Of a DNA stretch of 64,000 nucleotides, positions 18,346 to 26,851 are shown one piece after another. The notes under the pieces were generated by a model that was not told the DNA's origin, ran no database searches, and saw only the letters and a list, made by a program, of their open reading frames with translations. The stretch's first letter is position 1, and each line of letters opens with the position of its first letter. The position numbers and the translations under genes were made by a program. Location of the stretch: the IMG/VR virus record IMGVR_UViG_3300012983_000030; one strand, given 5' to 3'. The stretch comes from a virus. Taxonomy: Duplodnaviria; Heunggongvirae; Uroviricota; Caudoviricetes.

Positions 18346-19035
18346 ATGACTTTATTAATTGACAATACAGATAAATTAAAAGATATAATGGAATTTAATC
18401 CATCATTATCTTATTATAAATTTATCTGTTTGATAAGAGCAAAAGATTATAAAGACAAAGAAACGCCCTTATCTAACAAAGAAAAACAAGAAATAATGGT
18501 TAAACAATGGTTTGTTGATTCACAAGAATCATTAGATAAACAATTGCCTGATATGTTGAAAATGACAGAAATGTTTAAGTGTAGATTATATATGTGTTTA
18601 GATAGAAAATCTACAATGAAAACATTAGTCCAAATGAGGAATCAAATAAACAATTATCTTGATCCATTTTTAGGTAATGATAACCCGTCTTGTTCTGTTA
18701 AAGCAATTAATAAAATACCAGCATCTGCAAGTTCTGTTTCTGAATCATCAGACAAAGGTACTAGAAGATGGATGTATGATATTGATTCGTTGTCTCCATC
18801 TTTAGAAGAATATATTAGAAATAACTGTGGGCGACGATTCTATTTAGCAACATTTAAAACAAAAAATGGTTACCATATTGTTGCTAAAAGAAAATTTAAT
18901 GGTGCTTGTGCTATATCTGAATTAGTTGATTATGCTTTTGAAAACAATTTAACTAAACAATTTTTAGACAAACAAAATAGACCATTAGTTGAACTAAAAG
19001 AAAATGCTATGGTATTAGTTGCTATGGGAGAGTAA
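18346..19035 (+). CDS. AEP (primase-polymerase)-like fold protein
   Basis: RRWMYDID (DxD) and FKTKNGYHIV (TxxGxH) motifs. Confidence 0.5.
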   Translation: MTLLIDNTDKLKDIMEFNPSLSYYKFICLIRAKDYKDKETPLSNKEKQEIMVKQWFVDSQESLDKQLPDMLKMTEMFKCRLYMCLDRKSTMKTLVQMRNQINNYLDPFLGNDNPSCSVKAINKIPASASSVSESSDKGTRRWMYDIDSLSPSLEEYIRNNCGRRFYLATFKTKNGYHIVAKRKFNGACAISELVDYAFENNLTKQFLDKQNRPLVELKENAMVLVAMGE

Positions 19036-19037
19036 TA

Positions 19038-19349
19038 ATGGAAATTAACGAAACTATACCAAAAATTTCAAGCAATAAATTCCTATTTGAAAACTGGAAT
19101 TCAGAATTTTGTGTAAATTTTTATAATATGTATGAAAATAAAGAATTTATAAAAAGCAAAATCATAGGTTGGTGTGAATCATCAAAAGTCTTTGCAAGAA
19201 AAAGAAACGATGATGAATTCATTGCTATTATGCTTGATGATAATACTTGGTGTCATTTTCCAACCTTTGCAATAGAACTTTTAATTGGTAAAGATATGAG
19301 AGATTTTTGGAAGTTTGAGGGATATGAGGTCAAAGGAGAAAAACAATGA
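19038..19349 (+). CDS. Hypothetical protein
   Basis: 103 aa, RBS GGAG. Confidence 0.6.
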   Translation: MEINETIPKISSNKFLFENWNSEFCVNFYNMYENKEFIKSKIIGWCESSKVFARKRNDDEFIAIMLDDNTWCHFPTFAIELLIGKDMRDFWKFEGYEVKGEKQ

Positions 19350-19495
19350 CAGAATATGAAGCAAGCATATTATTAGAATTTATAGGTTTTAATTGGGCGA
19401 GTTTTAAAGCTTTCTGCGAAGAAAAAGGTATAGATGCTAATTGCCTATGTAAAAAATTAGCAAAGATAGCAGAAGAAGAATGGGAAGAAGAATAA
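19346..19495 (+). CDS. Small hypothetical protein (49 aa, not in track)
   Basis: ATGA overlap, RBS AAGGAG; MTEYEASILLEFIGFNWASFKAFCEEKGID... Confidence 0.55.
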   Translation: MTEYEASILLEFIGFNWASFKAFCEEKGIDANCLCKKLAKIAEEEWEEE

Positions 19496-19504
19496 AGGAG
19501 TTAT

Positions 19505-19738
19505 TTGATGTCGAGGATTAAAGTAGGACAAATATATAAAACACCATCAGGTTTTAGATATGTTGTGCAATGTGACCATAATCCTGATGGATTTTTTCCT
19601 GATGAAATTATTGTTCGTTATAACACAAAACCAAATATACCAGAAGTATCATATTGGACACCTGATGAAATTCTTATAGCTGAATATGCGACTTGGCAAG
19701 AGGCTGTTAATAGCCCTGAATTTAAAGGAGAGAAGTAG
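19505..19738 (+). CDS. Small protein, WQEAVNSPEFK family copy 2
   Basis: KVGQIY...IAEYATWQEAVNSPEFKGEK. Confidence 0.6.
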   Translation: MMSRIKVGQIYKTPSGFRYVVQCDHNPDGFFPDEIIVRYNTKPNIPEVSYWTPDEILIAEYATWQEAVNSPEFKGEK

Positions 19739-19957
19739 ATGATTATTACTCAAATTCAAAATGGTATTGTAGCTACTAATACTTATATTCAAATAGGAGC
19801 TGAAAAATATGATGTACCCAAGTACGTTCAAACTGCTTATCCAAAAATAAATTATATAGATAATGAAGATATTTACATAAATGGCTACAAATTTAATAAA
19901 AGGAATAAAAAGTTTGAAAGAACTGTTTTTTCTTATTTGAAATGTTTATTTGCTTAA
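19739..19957 (+). CDS. Hypothetical protein
   Basis: 72 aa, coupled to upstream gene. Confidence 0.55.
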   Translation: MIITQIQNGIVATNTYIQIGAEKYDVPKYVQTAYPKINYIDNEDIYINGYKFNKRNKKFERTVFSYLKCLFA

Positions 19958-20217
19958 AGGAGAAAGTTATGAAACTACTTAAAATTACTGGAGATACAAA
20001 TAAAATCATATATGAAGAAGAACACGACTATTGGTCTTATGATAAAGAAAATAAACCTTATGCAATATTAGAAGTAGAAACAAATGGTATTAAGGGTGGT
20101 TTAACTTTTCAAGCAAATTACAGAATATATCGTAATAAAAAAGGTAAACTTTATTGTAATGTTCGTAAAAAAAGAGTTTTCTTAGAAGATTTAGGATTTA
20201 AGGAGCAAGAACAATGA
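19942..20217 (+). CDS. Hypothetical protein (likely start ATG 19969)
   Basis: RBS AAGGAG precedes MKLLKITG. Confidence 0.55.
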   Translation: MFICLKEKVMKLLKITGDTNKIIYEEEHDYWSYDKENKPYAILEVETNGIKGGLTFQANYRIYRNKKGKLYCNVRKKRVFLEDLGFKEQEQ

Positions 20218-20402
20218 AATATTTATTAAGTTTAATGTTAGTAACAACTATGACTTGTACTAATGTAGGTAATAACATACAGAGATGTGAAAATGATGAA
20301 GTTATTTGTTATGTATATGATAGTGGTTGGGCTGGATTTGCTAAGTCTGGCAGAGGTGCTGGTATCTCTTGTAAATTTAAGGAGCTAGAAAATGAAAGTT
20401 AG
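20214..20402 (+). CDS. Small secreted/membrane Cys-containing protein
   Basis: Signal-like MKYLLSLMLVTT; RCENDEVICY...GISCKF. Confidence 0.6.
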   Translation: MKYLLSLMLVTTMTCTNVGNNIQRCENDEVICYVYDSGWAGFAKSGRGAGISCKFKELENES

Positions 20403-20928
20403 AAAGTTAAGAAAACTACTCAATGACACAAGTTATATCATACAAGAAACAGACGGTAAAATTTGTATCGGTAGTGCATACATACACAATATTATAACTA
20501 TTTATAAGGATACATTGAAAATAAAAGCTGATGATATACGAGGATTTGAAGAGCTAAATCGTATATATGAAAAATGCAAAGAGCTTATAGAAAATGGCGA
20601 AATGCGAGATATAGCCAATGGTAATGATGATATAACAGGTATGCAACCGGTTTTTATATTTGACAGTTGGGATGGTATTATTTGTAGTTATACAGATAAT
20701 ATGGAATGGCCTAACACAGATCACACTGGAAGATTATTATATGAAAATACCTCTTTTAAAACCAGAAAAGAAGCTGTTAAATATGGAATCAAAGAAATGA
20801 AGTATATTTTAGAGCGTGATATTGAGCAACTAGAAGATAAAATAAGAAATTTAGACAGTCTTAATTCAAGAATAAAAGGAGCTTCTAAATTACTAACACA
20901 ACTTATAGAAGAGCAAAACAATGATTAG
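20392..20928 (+). CDS. Hypothetical protein
   Basis: 178 aa with C-terminal coiled coil. Confidence 0.6.
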   Translation: MKVRKLRKLLNDTSYIIQETDGKICIGSAYIHNIITIYKDTLKIKADDIRGFEELNRIYEKCKELIENGEMRDIANGNDDITGMQPVFIFDSWDGIICSYTDNMEWPNTDHTGRLLYENTSFKTRKEAVKYGIKEMKYILERDIEQLEDKIRNLDSLNSRIKGASKLLTQLIEEQNND

Positions 20929-21067
20929 AAAGCTCATGTGTTGGTTAAGTTGGCACGAGTGGGTGTGTAGGAATCATTGTAGCGATTGTGAGGTACATAG
21001 AATACATGGTCATAAATGTTTATTAAAGCGTTTATATTGTAAACATTGTGGAAGGATAAAGAAATGA
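20921..21067 (+). CDS. Small Cys/His-rich Zn-binding protein (DUF1660-like, 48 aa, not in track)
   Basis: MIRKLMCWLSWHEWVCRNHCSDC...YCKHCGRIKK; ATGA overlaps on both sides. Confidence 0.55.
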   Translation: MIRKLMCWLSWHEWVCRNHCSDCEVHRIHGHKCLLKRLYCKHCGRIKK

Positions 21068-21645
21068 CAGATGAGTTAGAAAAAATATATGCATTACATG
21101 ATCTTATTAAAATTCATCCCTTTAGACAAGGTAATGAATTGCAATATATGAAAGATTATGCCGAACAACTTTGTACATTTTTTAACAAAGTATATGAATA
21201 TATTGTTAATAATACAACAGAAGATAGCTTAGAGTATCTAGCTGTTTATAATGCTTTACATGATTGGTTTCAAGCTACTAATCATTTAAGAAATCAATCG
21301 ATTAGAAAAGATCCTTCTAAAAAAGATTATATAAATCATGATATAATTTTTTTAGAAAAAGTTTTAGGTGAGATACATTTTTATTTAGACAATGGATATT
21401 TTAAAACTATTTCTCATTATATTACTAAAGGTAGTACTTTGGCAAAACACATAAAACCACAACATTTGATTAGAGAATATAGAGTAACAAAAGAAAATAG
21501 ATGGGAATATTATTTACCAAAAAAGGAATTACTTTATTATATTACCTATTTTGAAGCATTAGTAAAAACTGAGGATTTTTATATGTATTTGCTTGAAAAT
21601 TATAAAGAACTATACAATAATTTTGAGGTAAATTGGAATGAATAA
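21046..21645 (+). CDS. Hypothetical protein (likely start ATG 21064)
   Basis: About 193 aa, coupled to upstream stop. Confidence 0.6.
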   Translation: MWKDKEMTDELEKIYALHDLIKIHPFRQGNELQYMKDYAEQLCTFFNKVYEYIVNNTTEDSLEYLAVYNALHDWFQATNHLRNQSIRKDPSKKDYINHDIIFLEKVLGEIHFYLDNGYFKTISHYITKGSTLAKHIKPQHLIREYRVTKENRWEYYLPKKELLYYITYFEALVKTEDFYMYLLENYKELYNNFEVNWNE

Positions 21646-22195
21646 AAATAAGAATCCTTCAGTTGTATCAGTAACTGTTTATGGAAAAGATAAACAATTT
21701 AATATTGATTTACATAAAAGATATTTACCATTGCTTGCTTTTTATAAAGAAGATTATAGTTTTTCTATAGATAATAAACTTTATTATGCTGAAGGTTATT
21801 CTATATTTATGCATCCTCTTTTTCTAATCACTAATTGGACAGAAGCTGAATTGAGATTATCATTAAAAAACAGAATTAAAGCATTGAAAATCTCAGACCG
21901 TGAAATTTTAAATAATGTTCATAGAAATATCTCTATACATTGTGAATCTTATTATTTAGGTAGTCTCGAACCGAATAAGTTTAAGAAATTTATTGTTAAT
22001 TTACGTAAACACTATAAATGCGATATACAATTACTTTTTTCCTTATATAAAACTAGTTTAAAAAATGAAATGTGTATAGTAGATTTTGATAAGCTATATC
22101 AAAATAAAGAAAATATACTAAAAAGAATTTATACTGACGAATCATATACAGAATACTTAACATCTATTATAAGTAAAGAAATTAGAGATGCTTAA
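21638..22195 (+). CDS. Hypothetical protein
   Basis: 185 aa, RBS GAGG. Confidence 0.6.
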   Translation: MNKNKNPSVVSVTVYGKDKQFNIDLHKRYLPLLAFYKEDYSFSIDNKLYYAEGYSIFMHPLFLITNWTEAELRLSLKNRIKALKISDREILNNVHRNISIHCESYYLGSLEPNKFKKFIVNLRKHYKCDIQLLFSLYKTSLKNEMCIVDFDKLYQNKENILKRIYTDESYTEYLTSIISKEIRDA

Positions 22196-22267
22196 AATAA
22201 ATCTGCTTTACTTTTTAATTTTCCATTTCTATAATGCTACTTATTAATAAGATTTTCTCTTTTAGAA

Positions 22268-22283
22268 GTTCTTATATCTATAT
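22268..22283 (+). promoter_or_regulatory. Motif B
   Basis: GTTCTtatatctatat. Confidence 0.45.
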
Positions 22284-22317
22284 GATAATGAATAATTAAA
22301 TTAAGGAAAAAAACTCT

Positions 22318-23415
22318 ATGTCTGTTCCATTTTTAAATGAATTTAAAGAAGAAGTATCTAAAATATTAAATGAAGAAGATGCTCTTAGTGAAAGAAGAAA
22401 AGCCGGTGATGAATATCGTGATTTAGATGGTAATTTATCACGTACTTTTTTTAAACAAAAGAAAAATGCAATAGAAAATCCAGATGAGTTTATTAAGTTA
22501 GATCAGAATAAACAAGATCAAATTATTGACGGTGATAAAGAATATCTTAGAAGCAGAGGTTTAAATTGGGCTTGGAAAAACCACGCTTTTAGTCCAAAAC
22601 AATTTTTATTAGCACATCCTGATTTTTGGGCTAATTATTTAAGTAGACCAAATGCAAAGAAAAAAGATAAAGGAAATGTTATTTTAGATAAAGAAAAATT
22701 TGTAAATTCTTTACAGAAATTTATTGATACTTTACCAGAAAAAGATAGAATAAATGCTGAAGAATTAATGATGACAAATCCAGATGATTCTAAAACTCAA
22801 GTATTTAATACTGAACATCCTTTTATTAAAAATAAAGCTAATAGAGCAGCTTTTGCAGATAAGATGTTTAATCCATGGTATGACAGAACATATGGTACTC
22901 CAGCTGGTATGGGATTTAAATCAGATACTAGTGTTATGAAACGCGCTATTGATAACAAAGATGCTAATCCAGAAAGTTCTCATTGGAATGATTTTGTACA
23001 AGCTACTAAAGCAAGAACAAGCATTCGTGGTGCTAATAGAATGAGCGATGATATTACAAAATATACTGCAAAAGATATTGTTAGTTTAAATGATGATTTA
23101 GAAGATATTGTATATAACGTAGTAGATACTGTAAAAGGAAAAGATATTAATCAAGAATCTTACGCTTTAGATGAATTTATGACAGGTTTAGAAAAAACGC
23201 AAGGCAATAAAAAATTACAAACAGCTTTTATAAATGCAATATATGATCAATTAAATAAAGAAGATAGATCTTCAGAAGATAATGCATCATTTTTAGATAC
23301 TACAAAAATGACATTTTTTAAACGTAGATTACTTAAGAAAATGGGTTTTGAAGAATCAGTGAAACCATACTTAGATGCTTACAAAGAAAGTGTAGCTAAA
23401 ATTATAAATTCATAA
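22318..23415 (+). CDS. Putative internal head protein
   Basis: N-terminal FLNE/ILNE/LSE motifs; motif B promoter; own terminator. Confidence 0.55.
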   Translation: MSVPFLNEFKEEVSKILNEEDALSERRKAGDEYRDLDGNLSRTFFKQKKNAIENPDEFIKLDQNKQDQIIDGDKEYLRSRGLNWAWKNHAFSPKQFLLAHPDFWANYLSRPNAKKKDKGNVILDKEKFVNSLQKFIDTLPEKDRINAEELMMTNPDDSKTQVFNTEHPFIKNKANRAAFADKMFNPWYDRTYGTPAGMGFKSDTSVMKRAIDNKDANPESSHWNDFVQATKARTSIRGANRMSDDITKYTAKDIVSLNDDLEDIVYNVVDTVKGKDINQESYALDEFMTGLEKTQGNKKLQTAFINAIYDQLNKEDRSSEDNASFLDTTKMTFFKRRLLKKMGFEESVKPYLDAYKESVAKIINS

Positions 23416-23443
23416 CTTTTATAGATATTTAATTCTTTATTAG

Positions 23444-23475
23444 AAGTCAGTTAGTAAAAATTAACTGACTTTTTT
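23444..23475 (+). terminator. Rho-independent terminator
   Basis: aagtcagtta/taactgactt + T-run. Confidence 0.8.
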
Positions 23476-23506
23476 GTTTTACTTTTATTATTTATTCTTG
23501 TATATT
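23475..23506 (+). promoter_or_regulatory. Motif A early promoter
   Basis: TGTTTTACT-N17-TATATT. Confidence 0.65.
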
Positions 23507-23534
23507 ATTTTTCCATTATAAAGAAAGGATAACT

Positions 23535-24071
23535 ATGCGAAGTGAGTATATGTTTAATCAAATAAGTTTATTTTGGCAACAAAAAGATAAAGTTAGTTCT
23601 CAAATAGACTTTAGAAAAACAATAAATCATGACGGTAGTTTTTTATATGAAGATGAAATATTAATTAAAGTATTCGGTAATGGAAGAGATAAAATTATAA
23701 AAGCTATTATTAAAAATAGTATAAATTATGGTATATTTGAATTAGTCAATAATAATCTTACTTGGAAAAGAGGAAATTCCAAAAATGAAACATTTGAAGA
23801 ATTTAAAAAAAGATATGAAAAAGAATTACCAATGATAATTTATGCTAAAGTAAAACCAGAAGTACTTGGTTTAATTCGTATGCTTAATATTAACAATATT
23901 GTGAAAAATAAATTTAATTCAACATTAAGTTCACAGATTGCAGAATTAGTACAATATATGTATCCTTGTACTAAGTATAGAAAATATGGCATACATATTT
24001 TAGTAGAAAATACAAACTGTATGCATTCTTATTTACCGAAGATAAAGAATATAATTGATATTAATATTTAA
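23535..24071 (+). CDS. Hypothetical protein
   Basis: 178 aa, RBS AAGGA. Confidence 0.6.
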   Translation: MRSEYMFNQISLFWQQKDKVSSQIDFRKTINHDGSFLYEDEILIKVFGNGRDKIIKAIIKNSINYGIFELVNNNLTWKRGNSKNETFEEFKKRYEKELPMIIYAKVKPEVLGLIRMLNINNIVKNKFNSTLSSQIAELVQYMYPCTKYRKYGIHILVENTNCMHSYLPKIKNIIDINI

Positions 24072-24090
24072 CAAAGAGGAATAAAATATT

Positions 24091-24438
24091 ATGATTATTG
24101 AAAAAGGACATTATGAATTCGTAAGAGCAGGTTTAGGTGAAATTGACATTGATCTTTCAGATAAATCTTGTAAAGCGATACCTTTATATGATACAGATGG
24201 AATTACAAAAGTAGGAGAGGTAGATATTGTAAAAATTTCACCTTTACATTTAGATTTCAATTTACATACAGCTATCACAACTGATTTTGACTATTTATCA
24301 ATCGTTCCACAAAATTTTACTGTACAAAACGGTAAAATAATAAAAATATTTACATTTAAAATTACATCTACTTATAAAAATTTTGTATCATTTCCATTAA
24401 ATGATCAAGATTTTATTAAAAAAGTGGACAAAAATTAA
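24091..24438 (+). CDS. Hypothetical protein
   Basis: 115 aa, RBS GAGGA. Confidence 0.6.
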   Translation: MIIEKGHYEFVRAGLGEIDIDLSDKSCKAIPLYDTDGITKVGEVDIVKISPLHLDFNLHTAITTDFDYLSIVPQNFTVQNGKIIKIFTFKITSTYKNFVSFPLNDQDFIKKVDKN

Positions 24439-24442
24439 TTCC

Positions 24443-24474
24443 TGTTTTACATTTATAGTAAATCATTATATTAT
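24443..24474 (+). promoter_or_regulatory. Motif A early promoter
   Basis: TGTTTTACA-N17-TATTAT. Confidence 0.6.
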
Positions 24475-24509
24475 ATATACATAGAGAGTAATAAAGAAAG
24501 GATAAATAC

Positions 24510-25118
24510 ATGAGAAATTTTCCTGCAGAATATTTATACATTGATCAAGATGGAAATAGCTGGTATAAACGATTTAAACAAAAGAAATGTGCTTGTGATG
24601 TAAATGAGTATTTATTAGGATCTGAACCTGTTATATTACATCCTGATTTAACTGTTCAAAGTTTATTAAAATTAGTTTCAAAGAATAAAGCAATAAAAAA
24701 CATTTGTCCATTTGCAAATGAGATTTTAGAAGAAAGTAAAAATTCAACAGAATTAAATCTAAAAGGCCAATTATGTTTTTATTGGCAAGATTTACAAATA
24801 ACTGATAATATTCCAATAATTAATTATCCCAAAATGGAAGTATGTAGAATAGACCATAATGAAATTAAAAATCTAGACTTTTTAGGAATCAATAATATTA
24901 TGGATTTAACAATAAAAGTAGACAATAGATTACGTATTGTAGATGAAGATTATAAATTTTTATATTCAATGTCAATACGTCCTACTTTAATGCAAGTTGT
25001 ATACGGTTTATTTTGGGAATTGACATTTTTTGGCAAACCTTCTGAAAGACGTTCACAATTAATGCAAATAAAAGAAAACTTATTAAAATCAATTAAAGCT
25101 GCTAATATAGGTTGTTAA
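24510..25118 (+). CDS. Hypothetical protein
   Basis: 202 aa, RBS AAGGA. Confidence 0.6.
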   Translation: MRNFPAEYLYIDQDGNSWYKRFKQKKCACDVNEYLLGSEPVILHPDLTVQSLLKLVSKNKAIKNICPFANEILEESKNSTELNLKGQLCFYWQDLQITDNIPIINYPKMEVCRIDHNEIKNLDFLGINNIMDLTIKVDNRLRIVDEDYKFLYSMSIRPTLMQVVYGLFWELTFFGKPSERRSQLMQIKENLLKSIKAANIGC

Positions 25119-25510
25119 TGTATAATATTTTGATATTAGATGATGAATATTCCATTAGATCTGTTTTAGAATTAACTCTAAAAAAGAACGGATTTAAAGT
25201 AGGCTCTATCGAATCAGTAGATAGAGCCCTTGAATTGGAAGATACTTCTCTTGCTCCTATTTCTACTGCAGATTTAATTATTTCTGATTTTGAAATGTTT
25301 GATAAAACAGCAATGGATTTATTAAAGTATTTAGATGAGCATAATTTAAATATTCCTGTTATAATTCATTCTGGTTATATAAATGCAGAAAAAGAAATAA
25401 AAAATTCAAAATATAAAAATTTGGTTTTACATTTTATATCAAAACCTGCTACAAAGAATGATATATTAACTGCAATTAATTGTTCTTTGGAGGTACATAA
25501 TGATATATAA
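25112..25510 (+). CDS. Single-domain response regulator (CheY-like receiver)
   Basis: ILILDDE...DLIISDFEM (phospho-Asp)...IPVIIHSG...FISKP. Confidence 0.9.
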   Translation: MLMYNILILDDEYSIRSVLELTLKKNGFKVGSIESVDRALELEDTSLAPISTADLIISDFEMFDKTAMDLLKYLDEHNLNIPVIIHSGYINAEKEIKNSKYKNLVLHFISKPATKNDILTAINCSLEVHNDI

Positions 25511-25715
25511 GGAATTAGTAACATTATTAGATTCTGTAACAAGTAAAGATAGAAATGAAAAATTATCTTTTTACTATAATGGTAAAGAAGTTGAAGTAAA
25601 ACGTATTTGTGTTTCAGCAGATTATAAATATTCTATTGAATTTACAAAAAAGAAGAGAAGTATTTTTAAGAAAAATATCAATGTAGAAGATAAAAAGACT
25701 AGTATAAAAGGATAA
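25500..25715 (+). CDS. Hypothetical protein
   Basis: 71 aa, RBS GGAGG. Confidence 0.55.
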   Translation: MIYKELVTLLDSVTSKDRNEKLSFYYNGKEVEVKRICVSADYKYSIEFTKKKRSIFKKNINVEDKKTSIKG

Positions 25716-25737
25716 GTTCTTTTAATAGTTATATTTT

Positions 25738-26010
25738 ATGAAAGGATATATAATGCAAAATAATATAAATATGCTTTTAAAAGATTATTCTTCTGATAAA
25801 TTATCTATTGATGAAATTTCTAGTAAATTAATCAAACTTTTTGAAGAAAAAGAAAAATTAACTAAAAAATTAGAAAATCAACTTAAAGATAATAAATTGG
25901 TTTTTACTCAAATCAGAAGCATTTTAAATAATACAGATAGATTAGATAATGAGGTTTCTAAAAAAGAAATTTTATATATTCTTGAGCAAGAATTAAAAAA
26001 TTTTGAATAA
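25738..26010 (+). CDS. Hypothetical coiled-coil protein
   Basis: 90 aa; motif B at 25716. Confidence 0.5.
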   Translation: MKGYIMQNNINMLLKDYSSDKLSIDEISSKLIKLFEEKEKLTKKLENQLKDNKLVFTQIRSILNNTDRLDNEVSKKEILYILEQELKNFE

Positions 26011-26012
26011 AT

Positions 26013-26043
26013 TGTTTTACTTTTATAAAAAATTGATATAAAT
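26013..26043 (+). promoter_or_regulatory. Motif A early promoter
   Basis: TGTTTTACT-N16-TGa-TATAAA. Confidence 0.55.
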
Positions 26044-26089
26044 AATTATTGTTAATTCGTTAAATACAAATAAAAAGGAGTCTAAACTA

Positions 26090-26728
26090 ATGGTAAAAAA
26101 AGTACAAATCAAAATTAATGGTACAGTGTATCCTTCGATAAAAGAAGCAACAAAAAGTATGGGTTGGAATACTTTTGCATTACAAAATGCAATTTCAAAA
26201 GGTAAAACAACTTGTAAAGGTGTACCATTTGAGCGTATCGAACAAACAAAAGATACTTATTCTACAACTGAATCTACAGTTAAAGCTAAAAATTTTAAAA
26301 AGCAATCTTGCCCAGTATTATGTACTACTACAGGTAAAATATATAATACTATTACTAAAGCTGCAAAAGCTGCCGGTGTTCCAATGTGGACAATGAGTGT
26401 AAAAATGGCAGGAGCTGGAAAATTCATAGATAAAGAAGGTAATGAGTATATTCGTCAAAAACCAATGAAAAAACGTTCAGAAAGAGATTATGGTAAACAA
26501 ACTTCTAAAATAACTAGAGTTTTGACAAGAAAATATCATAAAAATCCTGAAAAAATTCAAGGATTAGTAATAACCAAAGTAGAGCAATCTGTTCCTACTA
26601 TTACAAAAAATATGAATCTATCTACAGAAGAAAAAGAATGTTTAACATTCTTCGCTAAGACATCTTTAGATAATAAAGATTATCAAAAAGCAAGTTGTTT
26701 GTTAAATATTTTAGCACGTAATTCATAA
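26090..26728 (+). CDS. NUMOD1-like tandem HTH DNA-binding protein
   Basis: INGTVYPSIKEATKSMG and PVLCTTTGKIYNTITKAAKAAGV; no nuclease motif seen. Confidence 0.6.
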   Translation: MVKKVQIKINGTVYPSIKEATKSMGWNTFALQNAISKGKTTCKGVPFERIEQTKDTYSTTESTVKAKNFKKQSCPVLCTTTGKIYNTITKAAKAAGVPMWTMSVKMAGAGKFIDKEGNEYIRQKPMKKRSERDYGKQTSKITRVLTRKYHKNPEKIQGLVITKVEQSVPTITKNMNLSTEEKECLTFFAKTSLDNKDYQKASCLLNILARNS

Positions 26729-26752
26729 TTAAAATTACATTTTGATCACCGC

Positions 26753-26789
26753 AATAAGGATCCAAAGTAAAACAGGATCCTTATTTTTT
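26753..26789 (+). terminator. Rho-independent terminator
   Basis: aataaggatcc/ggatccttatt + T-run. Confidence 0.8.
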
Positions 26790-26790
26790 C

Positions 26791-26822
26791 GGTTTTACTT
26801 TTAAGAAAAAGTATGTTATTAT
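26791..26822 (+). promoter_or_regulatory. Motif A early promoter (variant)
   Basis: GGTTTTACT-N17-TGt-TATTAT. Confidence 0.55.
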
Positions 26823-26851
26823 AATATTATAATTAATAAGGAGATTTTTAA

